A DNA stretch of 64,000 nt from a virus. The stretch spans positions 6,306 to 70,305 of the IMG/VR virus record IMGVR_UViG_3300023104_000005. One strand, 5' to 3'. The position numbers were made by a program, and so were the translations under genes. The notes beneath the pieces are model-generated. The model was not told where the DNA came from. It saw only the letters and a list, made by a program, of their open reading frames with translations, and did not search any database. Positions 30,681 to 41,527 of this stretch are shown here, piece after piece (within the stretch, counting starts at the first letter, position 1; each line of letters opens with the position of its first letter).

Positions 30681-31613
30681 ATGTCAATGACAGCAGTAGC
30701 CCCAACCACAAAAAGAGGAAACCCTAATTTGGGTAAGAAACAAGAAACAGATTCAATAAAGAGTACTAAACTAACGGTTCCTGAGAAGGGATTTTTTGAG
30801 TTTGTATTAGCTATTGATTATGAGAAACAAAAGCCAGTAGATAAACTTACAGGCGCATTATTAGATAATCCATTTCCTGATATTTATATTGTACCAAATG
30901 CAGGAGTTGCTTATAATGAAGCAACGGGAAGTTTTGAGACATGGAGATACCTTTATGGGTATAACTCTATTTGGGAAAAAGACCAACAGTTCCCTAAACC
31001 AGACAAAAGCAGACTAAGCAATGTTGATGGTAAGAACGATATTATGTTCCGTCAGGGTCGTATTAAAGTGATGCCTAATGATGAAGCTAAGTATTGGGCT
31101 TTAATAGTTCAGGATGAATGTGCTGACTGTGAGAATCCAAGAAACGAAGCGGTAGTACCTAAATATAAGTTGGTAGACGAAGATAAGGCGTTAAATGCGG
31201 CTTATGATGTAGCAGAAGAAACTTACTTAGCTGAGAAATACGCTAGAGAGTGTACGGATGGTGAGATGATCCCGGTAGCACAAGCCTTAGGTTTAAATAC
31301 CAACAAGATTGACAATAAAGACCAGTTATTCACTCTAAGGAAGCATTTCGTGCTAAAGGCCAAAGCATTTCCAAAGTTGTTCCTAAGGGCTTATAATGAG
31401 CCGGGAAACAGAATTAAATACTTGGTAGGTCAGGCTATTGCTACAGGAGTCACAGCGATGGATGGTGGAGCATTAAAATATACAGAGAGTGGAAGACAGG
31501 TATTGAGCCTTGATCCTGACATGGATATCGCGGAGCAGGTTGCTATTTTAGCGATGAACAATGACGAAGATGCGTTAGCGTTTATTAAGGAATTAAAAGG
31601 GTTGAGCCTCTAG
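30681..31613 (+). CDS. Conserved post-capsid protein of unknown function
   Basis: Synteny with crAss-like modules. Confidence 0.6.
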   Translation: MSMTAVAPTTKRGNPNLGKKQETDSIKSTKLTVPEKGFFEFVLAIDYEKQKPVDKLTGALLDNPFPDIYIVPNAGVAYNEATGSFETWRYLYGYNSIWEKDQQFPKPDKSRLSNVDGKNDIMFRQGRIKVMPNDEAKYWALIVQDECADCENPRNEAVVPKYKLVDEDKALNAAYDVAEETYLAEKYARECTDGEMIPVAQALGLNTNKIDNKDQLFTLRKHFVLKAKAFPKLFLRAYNEPGNRIKYLVGQAIATGVTAMDGGALKYTESGRQVLSLDPDMDIAEQVAILAMNNDEDALAFIKELKGLSL

Positions 31614-31635
31614 GTTGGGATTCAATGTTTGGTTC

Positions 31636-31670
31636 GGGGGATGTGGCTAGAGATAGTGCATCCCTTTTTT
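31636..31670 (+). terminator. Intrinsic terminator
   Basis: GGGGATG...CATCCCT followed by a T tract; next promoter TACATTTG at 31685. Confidence 0.7.
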
Positions 31671-31710
31671 GTTTTAAAATGTCTTACATTTGGGTTAAAA
31701 TAGTTAGCAA

Positions 31711-33752
31711 ATGGCACTCATAAACGAAGCATATCAATTACTTAAGTACAGGGCGGCAAAGAGCGGCTTTAATGGTAACATATCTCCTAATGACTTCAAT
31801 CTGATCTGGAAAAGGGCAGAGATACGGTTCTTCAACGGTAAGTACAAAACTTTTCAGATCAACCAAGACAACACAGACTCAATTTTAGCCTTTAAGACCG
31901 ATCCTTTACCGATTACGGTAGATGGTGCCGGAAAGTATATAAAACCTGCTGACGTGCTTCATATTGACGCTCTAACCCATAATTACAACAGCACACAGGT
32001 AGAGATCAAAAGGGTGGAGAATGATAGACTCGGAAACAAGCTGAGTTCAACGTATGATGCACCAAATGCTGAGTTTCCTATTTACGTGGAATATAAGACA
32101 TACTTACAGTTTTATCCTACCAATCTGGCTAATGCAAACTTTGTGTATCTGAAACGTATTACTCCGGCATTTTGGGGATATGACTTGGTTGGTGGAGTTC
32201 CGGTTTATAATGAGAGCAAGTCAACACAACCTGCATACGACGAAACGGAATTGGATGATGTGCTAAACCTTGCTTTACTAGATGGCGCAATAAACATGAA
32301 AGATTCACAATTGGAATCAACAGCAGAAAGACAAATTCAAAAAGATCAATAGATGGAACAGACCACATATAGAAAGCTATCAGAGTTGATAAGCGACTCA
32401 TACTATATACTGAAAGCAAGTGACGATGCGGCAATACCACTTCGTAGAATAGCAGAGATGGTCGCAATGGAGGTTGCAGAGATGGCTACAATGAATGCTA
32501 TAGAGGCAAGTCAACAGGGCGAAAGCACGTACGCCTCAGATCAATTCATCTCAGTATTTAGAAACTTACCCTTGCTAGAAGATACCGATGGGTATAAATA
32601 CAGTGTCCTTCCAAGTACGCCAACAGCAATGCCTAACAACCAAGAAATTTCAGAGGTTAAGATCGTGGGAAGCACGTGTATGGCAGCAATACATATGACT
32701 AGCAGAAGTTCTTTCTCACAGAGCCTAATAGGGCTTCCTAAGGGCATGTTATTATACAAGATAGAAGACGGAAGGATTGTATTTGAGACTAGCAACCCTT
32801 TGTTAGATGGAACGGTTAATGTTAAGATGGTAGGGGCTGTAAGTGGAGATGACCTGTTGACCTCAAGACTGAATATTCCTAAGAACTATGAGTCAAGGAT
32901 CATGACTAAGATCATGGCTAAGTTACTGCCGACAAAGAACCAACCAATAGATTATGTAAATGACTCAATATCTAACCCTAGTTAAACATGAAGATTTCAG
33001 TAAAGAGAATAATAGGAGAATTTTTAAGTAGCACCGATGAATCACAGCATCGGTTTTTGCGCTTATGGAACATTGCTAAGTTCGGCATGGAGACAGAGTT
33101 CAACTTAGACCTTACGGGGGTGATAAAGACTGTGCTGTTGGATGTGAATGCTAACAAGACGGTAAATCTTCCATGCGACTATGTTTCATACTCAAAGATC
33201 GGAGAGATTAACGGAAAAGGAGAGGTGGTGACTTACAAAAGAAATAACCAACTAACCACTTTACTTCAATACGGGAACAACAGGGTTAACAAGGCACCTA
33301 TGGTTGGATCAAGGGGAGACTTTAATTTATTTCCTTATGACCTGAACTATTACAACAACTACTTTTCGGACGGAGTTACTTACAACTTATATGGAGCAAA
33401 TAGTGGTACTCCAAACAGAGGCGAATACAAGGTCGATGAAGCCAATAGACTAATATTCCTCAGCATTGATATCTCAGTGTCTCAGATCGTATTAGAATAC
33501 CTGTCAGATGGATATGACCAGAGTGATGATGACTATTCTGTGGATGTAAGAGCAAGTGCGGCACTACTAGCTTATATCAGGTGGAGAGATGCCTTAGACA
33601 AACCAAAGAAATTCGGTATTGGTCAAGTAGACTTTTTAAAGAAAGACTACTACAGAGAAAAAAGGTTGTGTCAGGTAAGAATGAATCCGTTTGTATTGAA
33701 TGAATTTGAACATGCAGGGCGCGTGGCGACAAAATTGGTTGCCCGGGCGTAG
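31711..33752 (+). CDS. Three tail ring/tubular proteins (31711-32352, 32353-32985, 32988-33752)
   Basis: 210-254 aa paralog-like trio between the capsid block and the muzzle. Confidence 0.7.
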
Positions 33753-33764
33753 TTAAATAAAGAT

Positions 33765-36700
33765 ATGCAGGAATTAAAAAGGTTTTTAAACACAGGTATG
33801 GATACCGACTCTGACTTAACTGCGGTTACTCAGGAGGATGTTATAGAGAGTTGGAATGTCAGATACAGAGGAACAGTAGAATCAGAAGATGGTATTGCTA
33901 CAGACATTGAGTCCAATGAGTTGATATCAGGCGCTAAACCCGCAGGAATAAACAAGACTATAGGAGCAGAAGGATTTGAGGATGTTCGTAAAGCGTATGC
34001 CTTTGTTTACAACTCAGCAGGCAAGAATCAGATTGTAGAGTTTGATTACGATACAGAGACAGAGACAGTGATCTTTGAGAACCTGACCATGACCAATGGG
34101 GTTAACATTCTTCCTTTAGACCCGCTATACTGTGTGTGCGATATTAAGATGATTCAAGGCAAATACCTGATCTTTAATGCAGGAAACATACAACCGGGGA
34201 TAATTAACCTAGACAGGCTTAAAAGCGGTGGTTATAGCGTTATAACTCTAGAGGATATTACTTTGGTAAAAGGACAGCCTATAACCGTTCCTACATACGT
34301 TTACAACGATGATTCAGGCAGATCAGTAAATACCATTAAGAAAAGATTATTTCAGTTCACAGAGCAGTTTATACGCCTTGACGATGAATACTCAGCATGG
34401 AGTACGTATTCTAAAAGAAATGTGCCGGAGAGTGAGGCTACTCCTTCATTTGGGACGGATGTTACTAAGGCAAACAACCTTATTGTGACTGTAGATGCCG
34501 GAAATGACAGGGTAAAGACAATAAATGTTGGCGCTAGATATGATAATCTAGATTGGTTCCTTGTTAAGTCTGTAGAACGGAAAGATGTTTTATTACTTCC
34601 TAATACCTTAGTCGATGTGGAGAACGAAATTTACGAAGCTTATGATCCTGCTACTAATACTTATTCTTTTGCTTTCTATAATGACGGACTGTATAATAAC
34701 CTGCCTGTCTTGGAGACCGACCTTCCCTACGACTACGTTCCAAAGAAATCCGGAGCATTAGAGGTAATCAACGGAAGCATCCTTGTTCTTGCTGACCTTA
34801 CTGAGGGGTATAAGAGACCTGTGGTGGACGTAAACATCAATGTTACTAACTATGACCCTGCGATCACTGTTCAACAGCCTGACAACTCTAATGGCTTAAG
34901 GGTAGTATCTCAGAATCAAAACAGGGTTAGTGGTTCGCATAAAAGAGACGTTCAGGTTAACTTTGGAGGAATAGCACATACAGGGGATGTGTTTGTGGTT
35001 AAGGTAAGAGATATCAGGGACTATGGTAACAATCGGACTTACACCTACACAGTCAAGCTGTCTCAGAATAATAACACAGCATTAGCGGTTCAGGGGTTAG
35101 CAACTGTGGTTCCATTCTCCAATGTAAGTGGTACACAGATTAACTTTAGAACGGAGGACTACTTTGAACTTGAGTCGGCTAGTATTAACTTACAAAATGC
35201 CGGAACAGGAGTTTCCAAGTCTATCCACTCGATTAAATTAAACTCTGCTTATCAGCTTGCATTAGCGCATTATGACCAGAACGGCACTTATTTTCCTGTG
35301 GTAAGCGATAAGAGATTTGTGGTCAAGACTCAATCTTATGCTCAGTCTCATGGTTTAATTCCTCAGATCAACTGGCAGATCAACAGTCTACCTCCTGTAG
35401 GAGCCACAAGCGCGCAATGGCTGATCTCACGTAACAATACCCATGAGACTGATCTTTATATTAACGGTGCTTTAGATACCGACAAATCAGATAATGACTA
35501 TCTCGTCTTTAATATCTCGTCTTTAAAGAAGTTCAACGATACAAACTCAAGTTCAGTTTTAAGCTATGATTACTCAGAAGGAGACAGAGCGACATTCATG
35601 TTTACTTTCTCAGGTACAGCTACACCGATCAAATGGTTCGATGCTCCGGCGATAGATGTTGAGGTTGTAGGATTCGATATTGAGGTTGACACTGCTGTAA
35701 CGCCTAATGTCACTAAATACTTTCTAAAGGTTAGAAAATCATCTGCACTTAATTTAGCTGATATAACAGCAACCGGAGTCTTGATGGAGATTTACTCACC
35801 TAAGAAAAGAACGTTGACCACAGGAGATGTAACGACACTACAAACGACTTTATTTTATGAGATAGGTGAACAGATCAAAATAACCAACGGAGACTATGAA
35901 CAAAAGCAGGGAATCATCAAAGAGGGAGATGCTTATTTCAAGACCAGAGAGGTTACAGGAGTTTTAAATCCCAATGTTGCTTATACGTTTTTGGTGGAGG
36001 ACTTTAACTTTAGTGACTTCTATAAATCCAATTACTATTCTTATGGAAGGGCTAGGCTGTACGATGATGTTCAGGACGAGATCAGAAAGAAAGCCTCAAT
36101 CAGATATTCGGACACTTTTATCACAGGAAGCAAGATCAATGGCATCTCTAGATTTTACGGAGAAAGGCTATACGGAGAGAGCAATGGTGAGACTTCCTCT
36201 AAATATGGTGCTATTGTTAAGTTGAGTGAGCGAGATTCTTACTTAGTGTGCTTGCAAGAGTTAAACGATGTGCATATCCCTGTTAACATCTCTATCTTGG
36301 AAGATCAGGCAGAACAACAGAATGTGGCGATTTCTGATAGACTCTTAAATAAGGTAAGGTATACGAAGTCGGGTGTGTTTGGGATAGGGCTTGCAAAGGA
36401 GAGTTTTGCCAGAAGCCAGAACGGAACGATATATTTTGTTGATCCGAACAATTCATTGCCTGTTAGGGACGGATATAACGGTGTACAGCCGATATCTGCT
36501 AAAATGACCAAGTTCTTTAGAAGGATACTTCAACAAGCAAAGAAAGACGGTAGAAAGATATTTGGGTTCTATGACAACTTCAATGACGAATACAACATCC
36601 ATATTGAGACTGCCGCAGGAGTTCTGGTTAGCTTTAAATTCAATGCTACAAATTGGGATTACTTAGAGGCTTATACAATCAATCCTGCGACTTTAGCCTT

Positions 36701-38216
36701 GACAGGAGTTAGCAATGGATCAGTCGCGATAAATAACACTACAGGACAAGCGGTATTTACGCCCAATACAGGTTATTCAGGGAATGCAGGGTTCAGTTTC
36801 TCGTATTCAAGTCCTGATGGCACAATCACAAAGAATGTCTGTGGGACAGTAACTCCGGGGATCACTACAATTGATCCATTTTACTTCACAGATTTAACCA
36901 ATCAACCTTTAAACACGTTAACAGCCTCAAATACTATTTTGATCGGTGGAAATACAATAGCGGTTCCAATCTCAATCACAGGTGGTGAATATTCGATTAA
37001 CGGTGGCGCTTGGGTTACATCCGCAGGAACAGTAAATGCCGGAGATACAGTTCAGGTTAGACATACTACCTCAGGGGCTTATGCTACAACTGTAAACACA
37101 ACCTTAGTTGTTAGTGGGTACTCCGATACTTTTACAACCACCACGATAGCTGCTCCTGTACCTGTTACGATCAATTACAACCTTTCTAGGGACACTTCTC
37201 CGTATGTTGATGGTAATGTGTCATTCCTTAAAAATGGAGTCTTCTCAGAGCTTATTACGTTTGTTGGAACAGGGACCTTGTCAGGAGGCTATTTAGTGGG
37301 AGATACTTTGACTGCTAGTGCTTTCCATTACGCTACAGGATACAGATGGCCGGATGATGCTAGCCTAAGAATGGTGATCACTGATGCTGATGGAACTGTT
37401 GTATTTGACCAGACAGGTGGAACAGTTACGGATGATGTTGTTTTTGCTCCTGAGATTCTATTGGTAGATACGCTGTATACGGTTACAATAACCACAAATA
37501 GCAATGATACGAGCCTAATCACCCCTAGCTATGATCTTGTAAACAACAATACGCTTATAGACGAGGCAGACTTACGACTAGGTGTTACTGATCTCACGAC
37601 TAACATTGAGATGTTGAGTATAGATATGCCGGGATTCCATGTGCCTAGGAATGGTATTTATAACCTCAAGGATGATGCTAACCTGCAAAGGATAGTTATA
37701 CCTGTTCCAGAAGGTAAGGATACTAACATCAGGATTCAGACTCAAAGTGGTTTTGATCAGACATTCAGCATCTACGGAGGGTATTCTTTAGACCAGAATG
37801 TACCTAAGTCAGGTATATTAATCACGCTAGAAGACTTTTCAAACCCTTCGATTGCGTGTGGAGTAAGTACAGGATTTGCAGGAGGTGAATCTTACCCTAG
37901 TGAGTTTACTGTTACCTTAGGGACAGCATTAGGATCGGTAGTGCTTAACTTTGATGGTCAGTCTATCCCTGATAAGTTCATTGTGATCTTCGATGGAGTA
38001 GAAGTAATAAACACAGGGTATCGAGGGAATACATATTATCAGGCACAGTTGAACACTGCTCTAGCTGATAGGGGTCTTCCACCTGAGACTGTTACTGCTC
38101 CGGGAACAGGAACGGCATCATTTAACAAAACTACTGCTACTACCACTGCGATAGTAAGGGTTTATGCACCTTTATCAGGCACAGGATGGACTTGTAAATT
38201 AAATTGTCCAGTTTAA
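33765..38216 (+). CDS. Tail muzzle/stabilisation protein (P22 gp10-like) with C-terminal Ig-like/beta domains
   Basis: GMDTDSD N-terminus; SIRYSD; YGAIVKL; IFGFYDNFNDEY; then a T/G-rich extension. Confidence 0.75.
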   Translation: MQELKRFLNTGMDTDSDLTAVTQEDVIESWNVRYRGTVESEDGIATDIESNELISGAKPAGINKTIGAEGFEDVRKAYAFVYNSAGKNQIVEFDYDTETETVIFENLTMTNGVNILPLDPLYCVCDIKMIQGKYLIFNAGNIQPGIINLDRLKSGGYSVITLEDITLVKGQPITVPTYVYNDDSGRSVNTIKKRLFQFTEQFIRLDDEYSAWSTYSKRNVPESEATPSFGTDVTKANNLIVTVDAGNDRVKTINVGARYDNLDWFLVKSVERKDVLLLPNTLVDVENEIYEAYDPATNTYSFAFYNDGLYNNLPVLETDLPYDYVPKKSGALEVINGSILVLADLTEGYKRPVVDVNINVTNYDPAITVQQPDNSNGLRVVSQNQNRVSGSHKRDVQVNFGGIAHTGDVFVVKVRDIRDYGNNRTYTYTVKLSQNNNTALAVQGLATVVPFSNVSGTQINFRTEDYFELESASINLQNAGTGVSKSIHSIKLNSAYQLALAHYDQNGTYFPVVSDKRFVVKTQSYAQSHGLIPQINWQINSLPPVGATSAQWLISRNNTHETDLYINGALDTDKSDNDYLVFNISSLKKFNDTNSSSVLSYDYSEGDRATFMFTFSGTATPIKWFDAPAIDVEVVGFDIEVDTAVTPNVTKYFLKVRKSSALNLADITATGVLMEIYSPKKRTLTTGDVTTLQTTLFYEIGEQIKITNGDYEQKQGIIKEGDAYFKTREVTGVLNPNVAYTFLVEDFNFSDFYKSNYYSYGRARLYDDVQDEIRKKASIRYSDTFITGSKINGISRFYGERLYGESNGETSSKYGAIVKLSERDSYLVCLQELNDVHIPVNISILEDQAEQQNVAISDRLLNKVRYTKSGVFGIGLAKESFARSQNGTIYFVDPNNSLPVRDGYNGVQPISAKMTKFFRRILQQAKKDGRKIFGFYDNFNDEYNIHIETAAGVLVSFKFNATNWDYLEAYTINPATLALTGVSNGSVAINNTTGQAVFTPNTGYSGNAGFSFSYSSPDGTITKNVCGTVTPGITTIDPFYFTDLTNQPLNTLTASNTILIGGNTIAVPISITGGEYSINGGAWVTSAGTVNAGDTVQVRHTTSGAYATTVNTTLVVSGYSDTFTTTTIAAPVPVTINYNLSRDTSPYVDGNVSFLKNGVFSELITFVGTGTLSGGYLVGDTLTASAFHYATGYRWPDDASLRMVITDADGTVVFDQTGGTVTDDVVFAPEILLVDTLYTVTITTNSNDTSLITPSYDLVNNNTLIDEADLRLGVTDLTTNIEMLSIDMPGFHVPRNGIYNLKDDANLQRIVIPVPEGKDTNIRIQTQSGFDQTFSIYGGYSLDQNVPKSGILITLEDFSNPSIACGVSTGFAGGESYPSEFTVTLGTALGSVVLNFDGQSIPDKFIVIFDGVEVINTGYRGNTYYQAQLNTALADRGLPPETVTAPGTGTASFNKTTATTTAIVRVYAPLSGTGWTCKLNCPV

Positions 38217-38226
38217 AATATAGATT

Positions 38227-39144
38227 ATGGGATTCACAACGATTCAAAATACACCCATCACCTTAGATTTACTCACATTGGGTAAGTCTAGGGGTTGGGA
38301 GGTCTTCACAGATTATGCTATACACGAGGTATGTAACGCAGGGAGTATGGTTTTAAAGCAATTTACACTCACCTCAGGGCATTCTTATCAGATCAGCTAC
38401 AACCTAGAGTATATCAATACAGGCTTTATTAGAGCGGACTTAGGAACGGCATCAGGTGCAAACAGAACAACTCCGGGGTTTGTAACTCAAACCATCACTG
38501 CATCGGGAACTAACCCTTTATTCTCGTTTTATTCTAATGCCAACCTTAAAATCACTTCTTTTGATATTCGGGATACCACAGAGGACTTAGGACTTAAACA
38601 AAGAAACACGATCTCTTGGAGTGAGAAATCTAATAAGTGGGTAAGCTATAAGACATATAACCCTGATTGGGGGTTCTCAATGTTCACGAACCTGTTCTCA
38701 TACAAGGCAGGACAGTTATGGTCTCACAAGGCTTCTTTGACCCCTCGAAACAACTTCTACGGACAGCAATATAAGAGCATCATCAATATGGTGTTTAATT
38801 CGGGGATAGGACAGCCTAAGACTTTCCATGCTATCAGCTATGAAGGGAATAACCTAATGATCACTACTGATGGTGGGGTTAAGACTTCGTTAGGACAAAT
38901 CTCAGACTTGGTAGAGGCTAACTTTCTAAAGGATGTTTTGGATGATGGGGTTAGTCAGGTTGATATTTACTCTGTAGAGGGCGTGTTTAGCAGTTCGTTC
39001 AGGAGAGCCTTACCGGATGTTATCAATGGATCAGAGTTGAAGGGCAGTTATATTGTTGTTGAGTTGATCAATGTAGAAAACGATCTGTTGAGACTAGAGA
39101 ATGTAGCAGTAACAAGTGTTCCAAGCAAGATCGGAGCGAGATAA
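38227..39144 (+). CDS. Detached C-terminal part of the muzzle protein
   Basis: TISWSEKSNKWVS; FSYKAGQLWSH; RNNFYGQQY; KTFHAISYEG. Confidence 0.65.
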   Translation: MGFTTIQNTPITLDLLTLGKSRGWEVFTDYAIHEVCNAGSMVLKQFTLTSGHSYQISYNLEYINTGFIRADLGTASGANRTTPGFVTQTITASGTNPLFSFYSNANLKITSFDIRDTTEDLGLKQRNTISWSEKSNKWVSYKTYNPDWGFSMFTNLFSYKAGQLWSHKASLTPRNNFYGQQYKSIINMVFNSGIGQPKTFHAISYEGNNLMITTDGGVKTSLGQISDLVEANFLKDVLDDGVSQVDIYSVEGVFSSSFRRALPDVINGSELKGSYIVVELINVENDLLRLENVAVTSVPSKIGAR

Positions 39145-39437
39145 TGTTTAAATGTTCAGGGTGCGGGGTTTGTTGTCATCATGTAGATAGGGCTGTAGAG
39201 TCTTCTAAAGACTTAGGATTGGATTTTCCTTATGGTTGGAATGAAGACGGGAAGTGTGATATGCTAGGTGATGACAACAAATGCACTGTGTACGACAAAA
39301 GACCTTTATTATGCAATGTAGATAAGCTGATAGAGGTGTTTGATATCAAGGATAAAGAAGGATTTTACGAATTAAATAAACAGGCTTGCAATGCCATGAT
39401 GGGTGATGCCGGGATAGATTTGGCATTCAGGTTGTGA
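39144..39437 (+). CDS. YkgJ-family cysteine cluster (CxxCxxCC) protein
   Basis: FKCSGCGVCC...CDML...CTVYDKRPLLC. Confidence 0.85.
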   Translation: MFKCSGCGVCCHHVDRAVESSKDLGLDFPYGWNEDGKCDMLGDDNKCTVYDKRPLLCNVDKLIEVFDIKDKEGFYELNKQACNAMMGDAGIDLAFRL

Positions 39438-39481
39438 AATACATATCTTTGATATATTAATTCACTTAAAAACATATATCT

Positions 39482-40132
39482 ATGCCACTCCCGATCGCAG
39501 CATTAGCAATAGCTTCTGCACCAAGCATTCTTAAAGGGGTTAGCGGACTTTTTCAGTCCATCAAAGGAAACAAGATGGCTAAGAACAACCCCTTCCCTAC
39601 AGCACAAGTAAACCAGAACATAGCCAAGAATGCCGCAATAGCAGAACAAATGGCTCAAACAGGACTCCCACAGCAACAGTACAACCAAGCGTTACAGAAT
39701 ATGCAACGTAACCAAAATGGTGTATTGACTTCCTTGGGTAGAAGTGCTAATTCATCTGCCGGACTTGCCTCAGTGCTTAGAGCATCAAATGATGCTTCTT
39801 TAAACTTAGATGTAAACGATGCTCAGGCACGCATGCGTAATCAGGGAATTTCAATGCAACAAAGAGGTCAATTAGCAGGTGAGCAGAACAGGGTTTGGGA
39901 CTGGAATAATCGGCAAAAATATTTACAGCAAGCACAGGCGGCATCAGCAATGCAAGGAGCCGGAAAACAAAACATGTTCGGAGCATTGGATGGGTTATCC
40001 CAAGTCGGGCAGTCGTTTTTAGCAGGAGGCGGTTTAGGTTCAGGTTCAGGAGGTGCTAACCAACTTGGTTCTGTACCTCAGCTTGGACAGTTAACTCAAC
40101 CTTATCAAAGTCAATTCACAAAATTATTCTAA
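39482..40132 (+). CDS. Ejection/cargo protein 1
   Basis: A/G/Q-rich; promoter TATCTTTG at 39444. Confidence 0.65.
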   Translation: MPLPIAALAIASAPSILKGVSGLFQSIKGNKMAKNNPFPTAQVNQNIAKNAAIAEQMAQTGLPQQQYNQALQNMQRNQNGVLTSLGRSANSSAGLASVLRASNDASLNLDVNDAQARMRNQGISMQQRGQLAGEQNRVWDWNNRQKYLQQAQAASAMQGAGKQNMFGALDGLSQVGQSFLAGGGLGSGSGGANQLGSVPQLGQLTQPYQSQFTKLF

Positions 40133-40137
40133 GCGTA

Positions 40138-41526
40138 ATGATTGAGGGATTAAATTCAAATAGTGGTATAGGAACTGGGAATGCACAGATTTTTGATGCT
40201 AGAGGTTCAGTAAACAAGTATACAGCAGAGATACAGCGCCAAGCAAACGCTAGAGCGGCAGAACAAAAGGCTTTACAAGATGAACTAGGCAAAGTAAAGA
40301 TGGATGGACTGAGGGAAGCTGATAAGCCAGAGTACTTCAAGGGATTTGAGGATTGGAGAACTACAGCACAAAAAGCATCTGCATCAAGAGACTTTAGAGA
40401 GAAAGCAAATCTTAAAAGTGAGGCTGATAAGAAATACATGGAACTCAATAACCTTGTTGCTAAATCCAAAGAGTACAACAGGCTTCATCAGGATGTATCA
40501 AATAAGTTCTTGGATAACAATTTCAGAGATCAGTTTACAGACGATGCAGTGACTCAATGGCAACAATCAGACAAACTACCTCTATCAGACCCAAGGCTTG
40601 TAAAAGACCCTAGTACCTTATCTAGGCAGTTAGATTTAAGTAAAGTTGATGACAAATTAGCAAAGATTGATGCAGGACTTTTATCTAAACAAATTGAAGC
40701 AAATCCCATTGCAGGAGACAGATTGAGTGTAGGGAATAGAAAAGGAACGAACTTGGTTTATAAGACCTCTGTAGACCCTAAAAGACAGGCATTCGAGTAT
40801 GCTATGGCTTATGATACAGATAAAGACCTGAAACATTACATTAAGACGCAATACGCTGACCTGTACGCCTCTAAACCTGAGGATGAAGCCAAAGCATTAG
40901 CTATTCAGGATATGGTCGGTAAAAGACCTGTACAGAAGCAAAGGAATCAATTTGTGATGGATGAAGCACCTGATCTCTTTTATGCACATAAAGCATGGGA
41001 AAGGGCACATCCTGACCCTGAGAAATCTACTAAGAGTGAATCAGAGTTATACCGTCAGAGTTGGATTGACAGCATGATCAAAGGAGAACCCGGAAGTGGA
41101 GAGTACCTCAAGTCTATTGTTGCTTCTCAAGGGGAATATACAGAGCCTTTAAAGATTCGTAAAGTAGGTGACGTTATAAAGATTGGCGTTCCACAGAAGA
41201 CTGTAATGAGTTTTGATGCTGATGGAAAGGCTAAAGCTAAAGTCATTCCCGGTAGAGTTATTGACGTTAACACGAAAAACGAAGCTGACAGAAGCAAGCT
41301 GAACAATCTACTGAACGAACTTACTAAAGAAAAGGTAAGCGAATCTAAGTTTCAGACAGGGAATGCCGCAGGTAAAGTTCCAAAGACAACCTCAACAACT
41401 CCTAAGTCCAATAAGACTGTACCTCTTTCTAAAGTAGAAGGACTAGTAGGTAAAAAAGGCTACGAAGGTTATACTAAGAAAGAACTAATTGACTATTATA
41501 AATCACAAGGATATACTATAAAATAA
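40138..41526 (+). CDS. Ejection/cargo protein 2
   Basis: Helical, charged; synteny. Confidence 0.6.
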   Translation: MIEGLNSNSGIGTGNAQIFDARGSVNKYTAEIQRQANARAAEQKALQDELGKVKMDGLREADKPEYFKGFEDWRTTAQKASASRDFREKANLKSEADKKYMELNNLVAKSKEYNRLHQDVSNKFLDNNFRDQFTDDAVTQWQQSDKLPLSDPRLVKDPSTLSRQLDLSKVDDKLAKIDAGLLSKQIEANPIAGDRLSVGNRKGTNLVYKTSVDPKRQAFEYAMAYDTDKDLKHYIKTQYADLYASKPEDEAKALAIQDMVGKRPVQKQRNQFVMDEAPDLFYAHKAWERAHPDPEKSTKSESELYRQSWIDSMIKGEPGSGEYLKSIVASQGEYTEPLKIRKVGDVIKIGVPQKTVMSFDADGKAKAKVIPGRVIDVNTKNEADRSKLNNLLNELTKEKVSESKFQTGNAAGKVPKTTSTTPKSNKTVPLSKVEGLVGKKGYEGYTKKELIDYYKSQGYTIK

Positions 41527-41527
41527 C

